Below, one piece after another: positions 1-10,661 of a stretch of 64,000 nt of DNA (positions are counted from its first letter, which is position 1; the number at the start of each line of letters is the position of its first letter). Where the stretch lies: positions 152,485 to 216,484 of the IMG/VR virus record IMGVR_UViG_3300028886_000031; one strand, given 5' to 3'. The notes below the pieces were generated by a model. That model was given only the letters and a program-made list of their open reading frames with translations, was not told where the DNA came from and did not search any database. The translations under genes were made by a program, and so were the position numbers. This DNA is from a virus. Lineage: Duplodnaviria; Heunggongvirae; Uroviricota; Caudoviricetes.

Positions 1-3000
1 ATATACCTTATAATATCCAGCAGCATCCCATTTAAATGTATTATATCTATCCGCACCATCATAGTGACTTTCAATATATTTTCCATTGCTATTATCATAG
101 AACGTGGAACTAAATCTATCTCCTTGAATGTTTTCAGGAAGACCAGTTACCATTTTACCATAGCAACTTCTAGGCATATCCGTGTTAAACAATGGCTCAT
201 AACTATCTTTGACGGCGTTGTATTTCTTTTTCTGTTCTTTTCTATAAGCAAATACACCATAATCGTTAAGTATTGGCAAATACCAATCTGGGAGATTCTG
301 ATCAAAGACAGCAAATTCACAGATATAACAGCATTGATTTTGTATAACTATATTATGAACATCTACGTTGTTAATGGCTTCATAAAAACCATCTCTATAA
401 AGATATGTCATATTTTGTTTAGAATCATATTTTAGATGATACAGATGCCATTTAGAATCCTGTTGTCTAATATATTTGTTTAGTTCATCGACTGGTTCGC
501 CATGAAGTTTTGTACTATCCTCTAGAACATTTCTAATTCTCAATATAATATGAAGATCTTTATTAGATATATTATTTGTGAATTTTATATTTGTAAATTC
601 ATTACAATATAATGCACCATATTGATATCCATTAAAATCATGACCATAGTATCTCTTATTTAAGTTTATAGCAGCTCTATCTATATCTGTTACTTCTATT
701 GTTGTTGTATTGTAGAAATCATATAGTCCATTTCCATAATAGAAATTAATATAAGAAATTGGAGTATACATTTCAGGAAGTGTATTTTGACTAATTCTTC
801 TATTAAACAATTTAGAATACTTATCTAAAGGAATTGTATAATTTCCGTTGCTATCTTTCTTTCCTTTATATGTTTGATAATCCTCACCTAGCAAATGTGG
901 GTATTCTGCTATTATATCGAGAGAGTAACCACATACTCCGCATACAAACAGAAGATCAGATACATCACTCTTTAATTTTGGATTTAATTTGTAAAATGTT
1001 TTTGTTTCTCCAGTTGATATTCCATTCTTTGTTTTAAAAATTGACGTATCACTTGCAGATTCACAAAATGCAATATATGTTGCTTCCGATATGTCTGGAA
1101 TCTGACAATAGTCTGTAATAATCCAGAACATATTAGCATCATTTTTATGATATTCCTTAATTGCAAGGTCTAAGTATGTATCAGGCAGAAAACTTAAATC
1201 ATAGAATGAAATCATTTTTCCATTCTTGTTAAAATATATTGGATATCCAAATCTTTTCTTATCTTCTAGAGCATAATAATATCCATTATATTTTGGATTT
1301 TCGAAATCGCCAATATAGAATGTTGGGGTTATATTACGTTTGTTTGTTTTGATATATCCAGAGTTATCTTTTGTGTAGTGTTGGAATATTCCATATTTGT
1401 ACTCAGCTTTGTTTAGATATAATATAAATGTATCATAATCCTCTATATTCTCCAGTTTACAATATTTAAGAGGTTCACCATTGGATTTAAGATATGGATT
1501 ACCTGAAATATCATCCTCTGACACATAATTAAAATGATAGCATTTATCATTTCTAAATGCGTATTCGTATACAAACCATCTTGTTAATGTAATATAATGT
1601 CTCTTATCAAAAGGAGTTCCATCTACATCATAATTACTCAAGAAGGTATAAGTTGTCTTATAGAAATAATACCTATTATTTGTATACTTATTTCCTGTTT
1701 TGCTAATATCGAAATAGAATCCATCTACATTCTGATCAAATCCAGAACAATAATAACTGGCATATATCTTTTTATCATCATACATAATATAGTAATCACC
1801 AATATTGTCTAGTTTATCATAGACTTCTATCTGTGGTGTTAAACTATTTACATACGGATAAACCTCTCTATAATTAACGACTTCATTATCATTTTTATAA
1901 TCTTTTAAATAAATTAGATCATTAAATGGAACATATTCATTTATCTGTTGTTTAATTCTTGATCTATTTCTTAGACCATTTTCGTCTGAGATATTTAGAT
2001 TTTCTTTACCATCTACATTGTTTGGTCTAATTCTATTATAGTTAATGTCATCTATATCATTTAATGTATAATCATTAAAATCTATTTCCAATTGTGATAC
2101 AAGTCTAAGCATTCTATCACGTTTTGGCTTGTAGAAATTAATAATATTTCTAACTAGACGAGAACTAAAGATATGTGTGTTGTAGACATCCAATACACAT
2201 TTATAACCGTTGTTTTTAAGATATTCTTGTAACGCTTCTGCAAGTTCTAGGATAAGATTTGTATACTGCTCCATCGAATCTTCATAAGATGTTAATTTGG
2301 CATTTATATAATCTAGAAGATCTTGATCTAGTCCATAATTGACATTCATTATTAAAGGTTCTTTAAATTGTGTATACACTTCATGGACACTATCAGTTTC
2401 TTTATCATAATGATATGTTTTAATTGTAGATTCTGGTATATACTTCTTCCCTACATCTTCATTCTTTTCATTAATGTAATCTCTTTGAACTTCACAATAA
2501 TATCTACCGGATCCGACATGAAGAATATGTACATCATTGTCTGTAACAGATGAATAATCTAACTCGTTGACATAAGGATCTGCTAGATATCTTTCAGAAT
2601 CATATACTCTTCTGTAAGTAAAGTCTTGATCACAATAGCCACAATCAAATATTGGATTTCTTTTACCAAGATAGTCCGTAACATAATTTCCATCAGCATC
2701 TAATTGATAGTAAATCGATTTTCTATCTTCATTTATATCCCAAATTCTAGAACATTTCGTTCTTATCCATCTATATTTGATTCTCTCCTGTGCTTCATCT
2801 TCATCCAGGTTGATACATTTAATATAGATATAATTTGTCTGTTCATCTAAATAGTAGTTAAAGTTCTTGTATATGAAACCTGAATTAATATCTAAAATAT
2901 ATCCATTTTTGTACATATACTTAAATAAATCAGATATCTGATAACTATATTGTATATTGCTTCCGAATGGATCATTGTATACTGGAATACGAATGTTATC

Positions 3001-5712
3001 CATATTGTTATCAGGATCGGAGTCTATATTTGTATCGTTCTGAACCTCTGATATATTTTGGAATATAGCATCTAAATATGAAGGATCAACTTTGTCTACG
3101 ACAACACATTTTGCCAGTTTTGAATCTGGTTTGAACATGGAATCACTATAATAGAATTTCTTTTCTACATAGTAAGGAAGACCCTTTTCATCTTTTTGTT
3201 TAACCGTAAATGTATGTATTTTAATAACTGTACTTGGGAACAAATCAGATGGAGAAGATACAAATGACATCTTTCCATTTTCACGTTTAACGTCTACATT
3301 GTATTCATTCTTGAGAGTATCAAACTTTTCACTATTGTAATCTAATTCTATTTTCTCATAGCCTAAGGCATTCCAATTATCTTCGAAAGTTACAGAATCA
3401 GAATTTAGATTAAAATATGATCCTATTTTGTTTTGACCATCATTCTTAGAAACATGGATATATAGATTTCCATTTTTATAAACTGGGATTCCATAATCAT
3501 TTTCCGTAAAGATCTCTGTATCTAAATTTATGTTGTTATCTATTACAAGATTACGGCTTTTAATTCTGAGCCATTTTGTTCCTTCGTAGTTTAAAAAGAA
3601 ATATGTTGTATTCTTATTTTTCCCATAACTAATAGCCCAATTCCACTTCTTATTCTGTGGATATCTATTTCCAATGTTTACATAATTAAGTTTTTCACCA
3701 TCGTGTGTTATAAAATCTTTATAGTTAAACGTAATGTCTGTGATATATTTTCTAAGCGCAGTTTCTTTAATAATATCTTTATCTTCTCTAAAGAGTGATG
3801 TTGGATATTTTAGAAAGCTATTCATAAATGTAGCATATCTAAAATCCCTATCTGTATTTCTGAAAGGAAGATTTTTTAGATAACTATTATAATTTTCTAT
3901 AAGTTCAGATTCCGGAATAGAACTTTGGACACCGTATGTAGAGCTTTTAAATATATTGTATATTGGATTATTCTGAAAATGTAAATCGTGCATTAAAAAG
4001 TCTGAATAATAATAGATCATGTCTAGATCTGTACTATTCGTAAAACTTCCGAGATAAAATGGCTTTTGATAAAAAATTGTTGGAATGTTCTCTGGTGTAT
4101 GATAATGGACAATTCTAATTCTTTCTCTAGCATCTTCCACAGGAATTTTAGCTTCATCATATCTAGCATCAATAATTCTCTGCATAGATTGACTTGAAAC
4201 TTTACAATTTTCCTCTATTGTAGTCCAATTTGTATATACGTTTCCTTCATCTAAGCAAACTTGTATATCATAATATCCATAGTTATGTGGCTCATTCCAG
4301 AATATCTCTATATATTTTCCATTGGCATGTAATTGATAATTACTAATTTTTATAATAGATCTAATTCCATCCAGACCATTTTCAGAATCTACTTTTTCGT
4401 GTTTCTTTGTAAGCCACCAATACTCTAATTCGTCATAACTACAATATCCAACTGGTACGGCAGTTAAGACATAATGTTCCAAAGTCTTTTGATAAATCTG
4501 TTTCTTGCTTGGATCTTCTATTTTATTAATAAACGTGTATATTCTATATGCTAACTCTAAGAACTTATTTGGACCGACGATATCACTTGTATCTAGTCCA
4601 GTAAACCCAAATCTAGTAGTATAATGTCTCAGATCATTAAATCTAAGATAATCTGCATACATTACGAGCATGTAAAGAAAGCCTTGCCAAACTGCCAGAA
4701 AGCTCGTATTTAGATTGGAATTTCCAATTATAACATCTTTCTTTGGTTTTACACCAGATAGAAAATCTACTATCTGCTGTTTAGCAAGTCTGTTAATCAT
4801 TCTTAATGTAGTTGTATGATCATTATTGCTAAACTTAATTTTGACATTAAAGTATGGCGTTAGAGAAGGAAGATGCATGTATGTATAGTTCTTATCCTTC
4901 TTTGTTAAACCCTGATTCCAGTTTAACTTAACAATTTCCCATTTCTTATAGAACCAATGACACTCTTTAATTTCATCTAGTTTAGAGTTAAATTTGCCCC
5001 ATTCCCAATATTCTTCATCAATACCTTCATTCTGATCGATGTATTGACCAGATGTAGAAGTTTCTACAAGTTCATTTGGTCTTTTTATTGGAATCCATTT
5101 AATTTCTACGTTTTCTCGTCCATCTCTGGTAGGATATACCCAAGCTTCTGTAATATAACAATCTTCAAGACCAATAATGTTTAATGCCTTTACAATAGAA
5201 TCTGGTGAACCCTTTATTTTATAAAGATCACACATATTCAATAAAAACGTTTGTCTTCTATTAAGTGATGCTACTGTTCTACTATTAATAAAGTCTATTC
5301 CAAATCCTCTAATTGCTTTATCTACCTCATCACTGGATAGACTATACGCGTTTGTACATTGTGCTGTTGTATCTTGAAAAGTCTTAATTGTTCCAGCCCA
5401 ATCAAGAATAATACTCTTGAACATATAGCAGTCTATAGTATTAAAGGAATATGATCCAGGAAAACCAGCTCCATTAAAATATTTACTTATATCTAATCTA
5501 GAGTTAATTGCCTGGAGGATTTCATCCTTATGCTTTGGGAATATCAATCCTGGCTGACCATCTGGATAATCATAATTGAGGGATTCAAAGTATTTATCTA
5601 TTGTATTGAATCTAAGAGAAACTTTTTGGCTGAGTTGTTTGCAATATCTAATGCTGTTTAACTGGTAGAAGTTAAAAATTCTCAGGAAATTGTCTACTGA
5701 AGGAAATATCAT
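1..5712 (-). CDS. Very large (>=1904 aa, 3'-truncated by window edge) virion structural protein, baseplate wedge-like
   Basis: ATG at 5712 after AAAGGA; hand translation MIFPSVDNFLRIFNFYQ...FLLNMCDLYKIKGSPDSIVKALNIIG resembles the LYKxKGT motif of baseplate wedge proteins (T4 gp7 / P2 gpI type). The track reports no stop-terminated ORF in this frame, and the antisense shadow ORFs at 64, 1597 and 2368 share its codon register, so the frame appears open to base 1. Confidence 0.8.
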   Translation of the reverse strand, partial: MIFPSVDNFLRIFNFYQLNSIRYCKQLSQKVSLRFNTIDKYFESLNYDYPDGQPGLIFPKHKDEILQAINSRLDISKYFNGAGFPGSYSFNTIDCYMFKSIILDWAGTIKTFQDTTAQCTNAYSLSSDEVDKAIRGFGIDFINSRTVASLNRRQTFLLNMCDLYKIKGSPDSIVKALNIIGLEDCYITEAWVYPTRDGRENVEIKWIPIKRPNELVETSTSGQYIDQNEGIDEEYWEWGKFNSKLDEIKECHWFYKKWEIVKLNWNQGLTKKDKNYTYMHLPSLTPYFNVKIKFSNNDHTTTLRMINRLAKQQIVDFLSGVKPKKDVIIGNSNLNTSFLAVWQGFLYMLVMYADYLRFNDLRHYTTRFGFTGLDTSDIVGPNKFLELAYRIYTFINKIEDPSKKQIYQKTLEHYVLTAVPVGYCSYDELEYWWLTKKHEKVDSENGLDGIRSIIKISNYQLHANGKYIEIFWNEPHNYGYYDIQVCLDEGNVYTNWTTIEENCKVSSQSMQRIIDARYDEAKIPVEDARERIRIVHYHTPENIPTIFYQKPFYLGSFTNSTDLDMIYYYSDFLMHDLHFQNNPIYNIFKSSTYGVQSSIPESELIENYNSYLKNLPFRNTDRDFRYATFMNSFLKYPTSLFREDKDIIKETALRKYITDITFNYKDFITHDGEKLNYVNIGNRYPQNKKWNWAISYGKNKNTTYFFLNYEGTKWLRIKSRNLVIDNNINLDTEIFTENDYGIPVYKNGNLYIHVSKNDGQNKIGSYFNLNSDSVTFEDNWNALGYEKIELDYNSEKFDTLKNEYNVDVKRENGKMSFVSSPSDLFPSTVIKIHTFTVKQKDEKGLPYYVEKKFYYSDSMFKPDSKLAKCVVVDKVDPSYLDAIFQNISEVQNDTNIDSDPDNNMDNIRIPVYNDPFGSNIQYSYQISDLFKYMYKNGYILDINSGFIYKNFNYYLDEQTNYIYIKCINLDEDEAQERIKYRWIRTKCSRIWDINEDRKSIYYQLDADGNYVTDYLGKRNPIFDCGYCDQDFTYRRVYDSERYLADPYVNELDYSSVTDNDVHILHVGSGRYYCEVQRDYINEKNEDVGKKYIPESTIKTYHYDKETDSVHEVYTQFKEPLIMNVNYGLDQDLLDYINAKLTSYEDSMEQYTNLILELAEALQEYLKNNGYKCVLDVYNTHIFSSRLVRNIINFYKPKRDRMLRLVSQLEIDFNDYTLNDIDDINYNRIRPNNVDGKENLNISDENGLRNRSRIKQQINEYVPFNDLIYLKDYKNDNEVVNYREVYPYVNSLTPQIEVYDKLDNIGDYYIMYDDKKIYASYYCSGFDQNVDGFYFDISKTGNKYTNNRYYFYKTTYTFLSNYDVDGTPFDKRHYITLTRWFVYEYAFRNDKCYHFNYVSEDDISGNPYLKSNGEPLKYCKLENIEDYDTFILYLNKAEYKYGIFQHYTKDNSGYIKTNKRNITPTFYIGDFENPKYNGYYYALEDKKRFGYPIYFNKNGKMISFYDLSFLPDTYLDLAIKEYHKNDANMFWIITDYCQIPDISEATYIAFCESASDTSIFKTKNGISTGETKTFYKLNPKLKSDVSDLLFVCGVCGYSLDIIAEYPHLLGEDYQTYKGKKDSNGNYTIPLDKYSKLFNRRISQNTLPEMYTPISYINFYYGNGLYDFYNTTTIEVTDIDRAAINLNKRYYGHDFNGYQYGALYCNEFTNIKFTNNISNKDLHIILRIRNVLEDSTKLHGEPVDELNKYIRQQDSKWHLYHLKYDSKQNMTYLYRDGFYEAINNVDVHNIVIQNQCCYICEFAVFDQNLPDWYLPILNDYGVFAYRKEQKKKYNAVKDSYEPLFNTDMPRSCYGKMVTGLPENIQGDRFSSTFYDNSNGKYIESHYDGADRYNTFKWDAAGYYKVY

Positions 5713-5833
5713 AATCCTTTATCCATTTAGAGATATAAACTAAATAACTATATTATAGTTTATTAAGGATTTGAATTATCCGATTTTAATTTAAGCTTTA
5801 GAATATAGATAACATTAAATGTCTATCATTTCT

Positions 5834-5848
5834 TATATATATTATAAT
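5834..5848 (+). promoter_or_regulatory. Early-type promoter motif TATATATATTATAAT
   Basis: Copy of the recurrent (C/G)TATATATA(T/A)(T/A)AT motif upstream of a higher-GC gene. Confidence 0.55.
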
Positions 5849-5980
5849 CTAGATTACCAAACGTAACTTTGTGAGATGCACAGTTGCAATGGAGTGATTC
5901 CATAATTCCTTACGTGACCGTTTCACGTTAAGGTCTCACAATTTTTATTTTTGGTAGTCGACAAAAAAGGAAAAGCCAAA

Positions 5981-6892
5981 ATGAAGACATGGAGCGATGA
6001 GACGCTGTCATGGGTTCTTCCGTTCATGGACGGATCCAAGCAGCTGACTGAACAGATAGTCAAGGATGCAGCAAAGGATGCGGAGAAACTCTCTCTGTTG
6101 ACTGCGTGCAGCCTCATACATAGAGACAAAGATGAGATTACCCTGAAGAGGGTGTCTGAAAACATCTTCGCCAAGAAGGCTGATATGTATTTCAGCGACT
6201 TCAGTGACACCATTGAGGAATTCACAAACCTCGCTATCGAGAGTGAAGACCTCGGTGATCTTGTCCGTCGCGGTTGGATGATGGAAAAGCTTCCGGGAGA
6301 CCCTTACGCCGTCATTTTCGACGATGAAGACAATCCCGTTGCCTACGTCATGCACTTCACGGACACTCGCTGCCCTTGGATCAAGTTTCCGGGAGATACG
6401 CGTAAAGTCCAGTTCCAGATCACTTACTTCGATGGACCTAACGAAGATGGGTTTGCGAAGCGTTTGAATGGCTGGATGCAACCTGGAAAGGGTCCGTATA
6501 CATATAAGCGCACTGGCGTGACGATGAGCACGTTGGATCGCATTCCCAGTTATATCTTGCAGAAGTTCCTCAATCAGCAGGATGTTGTGGTGGATGAGGA
6601 GCTGAATCAGATCAAGCTCGGAATGCGTGATATTCGTGACTTCCTTAAGGGGAGCAATTTTGTTTCCCAAGTCGAAGGCGAGGAACACATGTTCGAGATC
6701 AGCAAGGATCCTGGCTCGGACAACGGTTCGGCGTTGATGGATTCCGTGGAAATCGGAACCGTTACACTGAAACGGACGTCACCTACGTCGGCACGCGTAA
6801 TGGTCACCTTGACCAGTCTCCCCAATGGGGTTGGCAAGAACCACGCTATTAACTGTCTCACGTCTGCGGCACTCTGTCCCGTTCACGTGTAA
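5981..6892 (+). CDS. Hypothetical protein (303 aa), GC-rich relative to surroundings
   Basis: ATG 5981 after AAAAGGAAAA; ~50% GC by spot count; followed by a terminator. Confidence 0.85.
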   Translation: MKTWSDETLSWVLPFMDGSKQLTEQIVKDAAKDAEKLSLLTACSLIHRDKDEITLKRVSENIFAKKADMYFSDFSDTIEEFTNLAIESEDLGDLVRRGWMMEKLPGDPYAVIFDDEDNPVAYVMHFTDTRCPWIKFPGDTRKVQFQITYFDGPNEDGFAKRLNGWMQPGKGPYTYKRTGVTMSTLDRIPSYILQKFLNQQDVVVDEELNQIKLGMRDIRDFLKGSNFVSQVEGEEHMFEISKDPGSDNGSALMDSVEIGTVTLKRTSPTSARVMVTLTSLPNGVGKNHAINCLTSAALCPVHV

Positions 6893-6917
6893 TACATATA
6901 GCAAGACAGTTCTGAAG

Positions 6918-6950
6918 AGGGCTTCGTAGTAATACGAGGTCCTTTTTTTG
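6918..6950 (+). terminator. Intrinsic terminator
   Basis: AGGGCTTCGTA-GTAA-TACGAGGTCCT stem, GNRA loop, followed by T tract. Confidence 0.8.
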
Positions 6951-6960
6951 CTTAATTTTT

Positions 6961-7536
6961 TTATACAATAATACCGTCTTGGGAAATCTTTTTCAATTTC
7001 TGGTATTTAAGATATTCAAATCTTTTTTTATTGAAGGTTTCCACTTCCGGAGGATTTTGCATATATTGTGTCTGTCTTAGGTTTTCTATGGTATCTAGCA
7101 TACTCAATCTAAGACAAGAATATACATATTTATCAAAACCACTCACCTTTGTTGGATTTCTAACTTTCGCTTCATCCTCAACCATTGCTGGATATTTCTC
7201 AACATACAATAAAGAGTTGTGGTTTTTAAATGTGTTTGCATATCTAAAATAAAAAGACGGACTATTACAATATACTTTAAATGGTGTGTCAGCGTTAATT
7301 TTTACAAGTCTATTTCCATGAAACTCTAAAACAACATCATATTTAAGTCCTGGAACAGTTTTAGATGGAGCTTTATAATACATTGTTATAGTCATAAGTT
7401 TTGGCTCAAGATACATAAGTTGTATATCAGACCTTAACTCAGAAAAATCTTTTTCTAGACCAGCTAAAAGATATTTTAATGGGATTGCTGATTGTCCAGT
7501 TGAAATATTTTTCAACATTGTTTTACATGTAAGCAT
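6961..7536 (-). CDS. Hypothetical phage protein (191 aa)
   Basis: ATG ORF with genome-typical codon use; KVYCNSPSFYFRY and RNP..GFDKY segments. Confidence 0.8.
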   Translation of the reverse strand: MLTCKTMLKNISTGQSAIPLKYLLAGLEKDFSELRSDIQLMYLEPKLMTITMYYKAPSKTVPGLKYDVVLEFHGNRLVKINADTPFKVYCNSPSFYFRYANTFKNHNSLLYVEKYPAMVEDEAKVRNPTKVSGFDKYVYSCLRLSMLDTIENLRQTQYMQNPPEVETFNKKRFEYLKYQKLKKISQDGIIV

Positions 7537-7638
7537 ATTTAGAAAACCTTTTTATTTTATTAATCAAAAAGATTAGTAATATATAATATTGAACATAATA
7601 TGATATCTGTGTATTAACACACTTTAAAGGAGAATCAA

Positions 7639-7995
7639 ATGAAAGAAAAAGTAGTAATGGTTAGAACAATCGGTGGCGAATTTATTATGGGTTCGCAGGA
7701 TGATTGTGATATTGTTTCCGCTGATGGAAAAGTCCAGGCACAAGATACGGATAAGATAATTCTAAAGCATGCTAGAATTTTTAATATTCAAATGACTGGA
7801 CGCGGAGCAGCAATTGCCTTTATTCCACCATTTCCATTTTCCCAGCAAGTTAAACATGATGATCTAGAGTTGTCTAGTTCTATTATCATGTTGAAGATTG
7901 ATGAATCTGATATTGATGCTGAAATTGTTAATGGGTATAAGTCCAACATTACAGGGCTTGATCTGAATACTGGATCCAATAAGTTTGTAATGTAA
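7639..7995 (+). CDS. Hypothetical protein (118 aa), possibly Sm-like beta fold
   Basis: SD AAAGGAG; VVMVRTIGGEFIMG start recalls small conserved myophage proteins. Confidence 0.8.
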   Translation: MKEKVVMVRTIGGEFIMGSQDDCDIVSADGKVQAQDTDKIILKHARIFNIQMTGRGAAIAFIPPFPFSQQVKHDDLELSSSIIMLKIDESDIDAEIVNGYKSNITGLDLNTGSNKFVM

Positions 7996-8011
7996 GAAGA
8001 AATTCGCATTC

Positions 8012-8043
8012 AAACCACTACTACAGAAATGTAGTAGTGGTTT
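8012..8043. terminator. Bidirectional terminator between convergent genes
   Basis: AAACCACTACTACA-GAAA-TGTAGTAGTGGTTT perfect 14-bp stem. Confidence 0.85.
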
Positions 8044-8046
8044 TAC

Positions 8047-9189
8047 TTACGCAAATGGATTATGAGGTTGATTTGGATCTGTTTCCTCAATATCCATGTT
8101 ATTAGCAAAAGGATCTCCAGCTTTTATAGGATCTTGTGGAACTGGTTTTTGCTGTGTCGGTTTGGATGCTGGCTTTTTCTTTGGTTGAGTTGCTTCTGGT
8201 TCACTAAAAGGTGCATATGCAGGGGAAACATTAATTGGAGATGTATTCTCTGGTTTCTTAGCATAAGCGTTATTGTTAACCATTTCAAGTCTGGCTAATT
8301 TCCTTTTTTGTTCTTCTATCTTTTTCATCCAAGAACGAATTTCGCACTTAAGTTTATATCTGCACTCTTGTGGATCTTTTGCAGCATCACATTTAAGAAG
8401 TGCATCTTCTGATTTAGCTTTTGCTTTCTCTGCAGCTGTAATAATAGCATTACACATGCAGATTGTTCTATTTTTACCAGTTTTACCTTTGCATTGTCTA
8501 GCTTCTTGAGAGAAAAATTCTTTGTATGCTATATTTATTCCTATAATAGCACCTGTAATACCAGCAGCAATCAATGCAGCATTAGCTATTCCATGTCCGA
8601 CTTTATGTATATACATCTTATCTGATGGTTTCAGATGACTTTTATTTAGAGTCCAGAATGTCTTAGCCATACGACCACTAAATCCAGCTTCTTCCGGTAA
8701 TATTTTTTTGAAAACTGGAGAGGCAATTAACATATCATATACTTTGCTATGATACTCTTTTAAATTCTTTAAAAGCTCTTGTCTTTTTTCTGGAGGATAT
8801 CTCAGAAGTGCAAATGCTGCTCCAGCAATTCCGGCATATTTTAGATATTTTAAAAATGATCTTACATCATCAGCAATATCTTTTCCAATAGACATAGCAT
8901 CTACACTATAATCATCACTATCTTCTTTAAGAAGAACTTTATCACGTTCCTTATTAAGAGTATGTTCGCTTACAAAATGTCGCGTATCATTCTTTAACTC
9001 ATAAGATTCTTGTATATCTTCCAACATTCTTGTACATACTCTAGAATCATTTACGAACAATAAATTTTCTAGGATAGTTTTACAAGAATCATTATCTAAC
9101 TGCTCTATGAATTTTTGTGTCCCTATTGGATTTCTTACTTTAAGATGTCCACGAGTGACCAAATTCATTAAGGGAAATTGGTAATTCAT
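8047..9189 (-). CDS. Putative virion/membrane protein (380 aa)
   Basis: Two Gly/Ala-rich hydrophobic helices, Cys motif CKGKTGKNRTICMC, coiled coil, Pro-rich tail. Confidence 0.8.
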   Translation of the reverse strand: MNYQFPLMNLVTRGHLKVRNPIGTQKFIEQLDNDSCKTILENLLFVNDSRVCTRMLEDIQESYELKNDTRHFVSEHTLNKERDKVLLKEDSDDYSVDAMSIGKDIADDVRSFLKYLKYAGIAGAAFALLRYPPEKRQELLKNLKEYHSKVYDMLIASPVFKKILPEEAGFSGRMAKTFWTLNKSHLKPSDKMYIHKVGHGIANAALIAAGITGAIIGINIAYKEFFSQEARQCKGKTGKNRTICMCNAIITAAEKAKAKSEDALLKCDAAKDPQECRYKLKCEIRSWMKKIEEQKRKLARLEMVNNNAYAKKPENTSPINVSPAYAPFSEPEATQPKKKPASKPTQQKPVPQDPIKAGDPFANNMDIEETDPNQPHNPFA

Positions 9190-9790
9190 CTAATCTAATC
9201 CTCTGGAATATATTTAAAATGTAAATAATTTTAAAATTTATTCAGATGTTAAATAAATCTATTATTTTAAGAAACCAGAACAATCTTATTAAAAGATCTA
9301 TAATGAGATTAAGACTGAAGGGTCTGTATAAGAAATGTCCGATTTGTAATAAGAAAATAACTAATAGGGTCGAACCTCTCGAAAAAATAAATTAAAATAG
9401 AAATCTATTTATTCTATGTAAAATCTATTTAAATGTATTTAAATAGATATTTTATTTTTAAGAATAAAAAATTGTTATAGATTTCTTCTTAATTATAAAA
9501 TAGATAAAATCTATTTTAGTTAAAAAAATTTAATTTTTAAAAATCGACCCGATTCAATCCGAGTTTACCATTGAAGAAAAAACCACAGAAGTGCAGATAT
9601 CCAATAGATAGAAAAAATTGGATCGAATATAATTTCTAATATTTTGTACATTAGCATTTTCATATATTTGATTTTTATTTTTGTTAGAAACTGAATGTCT
9701 AATACTCTAACAATATTAGATTTTAAAAACTAGATCCATAATAAAAAGTATGGATAATATCCAAAACTAAAATAAATTAAGGAGTAAAAA

Positions 9791-10321
9791 ATGAAGAAAA
9801 TTATTATGACAGCTCTCGCTGGCATGTCCATTATTATTACTGGTTGCAAAGATGTTCCAACCGTTGATACAATGAAAGCTGTATCTACATCTGTTGGTGT
9901 TGCTGCTGGTACAGTAGCAAACATGGCAAAGATTGATGATACATCAAGAAATGCAATTTGTGATATTATGGGAAAAGTCAGGGAATGCGTTCCTGAGAAA
10001 GACCAGTCTTTCACAGATTGTTGGGTTCCCGTTGCTAATAAATACATAGAGGAACTTAAGACAGCTGGAAAAATTAGTGATATTCAGGCAACTCTTATTG
10101 CAACTGGAGTTAAGACAGCATGTACAGGCATTGACTACATTTTCGATAAGAAGTATCCGAAGGCTAAGGGTGTAGAAGAACTTACCCGAGCTGCAGCAAG
10201 TGGATTTATTGATGGCTTCCTAACTGTATTTAAGCCAGCTAACGCTACAGAGGTTGAAAAGGCTAAGTCAAATATGGACAAGGATGTTTACGAATATCTG
10301 AAAAAAGAGTTCGTAAAGTAA
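9791..10321 (+). CDS. Lipoprotein (176 aa)
   Basis: SD AAGGAG; signal peptide MKKIIMTALAGMSIIITG-C with lipobox. Confidence 0.8.
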   Translation: MKKIIMTALAGMSIIITGCKDVPTVDTMKAVSTSVGVAAGTVANMAKIDDTSRNAICDIMGKVRECVPEKDQSFTDCWVPVANKYIEELKTAGKISDIQATLIATGVKTACTGIDYIFDKKYPKAKGVEELTRAAASGFIDGFLTVFKPANATEVEKAKSNMDKDVYEYLKKEFVK

Positions 10322-10346
10322 TTTATCTAATTAGATAAATTATTCA

Positions 10347-10381
10347 GACTCCCGTTGTAGAAAAAATCTACAACGGGAGTC
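10347..10381. terminator. Perfect 15-bp hairpin, likely terminator
   Basis: GACTCCCGTTGTAGA-AAAAA-TCTACAACGGGAGTC just after the lipoprotein stop. Confidence 0.7.
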
Positions 10382-10412
10382 AATTTATCGATTTTTTAAA
10401 TAAATTTAAAAG

Positions 10413-10655
10413 ATGGATAAAAACATGATACAATATTCATTTCTATTTGAGAATAACCAAACTATAACAAGAACAGCAAAGAATGCTCATCAATTTGGAT
10501 ATAGATATTGGAAGTCTGGAAAAAAAGAAGAAGATAGTAAAAATGGAGTTAGCCATATTTATCGTACAAAGACAGATAAAGATGGTAATTCTAAGATTAA
10601 AAGAATTATGAAAAAGATTATCGGTAAAGATGATAAAAAATCTAAAGAAAAATAA
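10413..10655 (+). CDS. Small basic protein with YSFLxE leader (start possibly 10425)
   Basis: MIQYSFLFE motif; Lys-rich. Confidence 0.7.
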   Translation: MDKNMIQYSFLFENNQTITRTAKNAHQFGYRYWKSGKKEEDSKNGVSHIYRTKTDKDGNSKIKRIMKKIIGKDDKKSKEK

Positions 10656-10661
10656 TATCTA

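Noticed and set aside
64-2553. + strand ORFs 64-435, 834-1037, 1597-1812, 2368-2553 and - strand 984-1166
   Set aside because: Shadows of the giant minus-strand gene; Ile/Phe-rich antisense composition and no RBS.
5923-6861. Minus-strand ORFs 5923-6225, 6008-6688 and 6607-6861
   Set aside because: Antisense shadows of the GC-rich gene, which has the promoter, SD and terminator.
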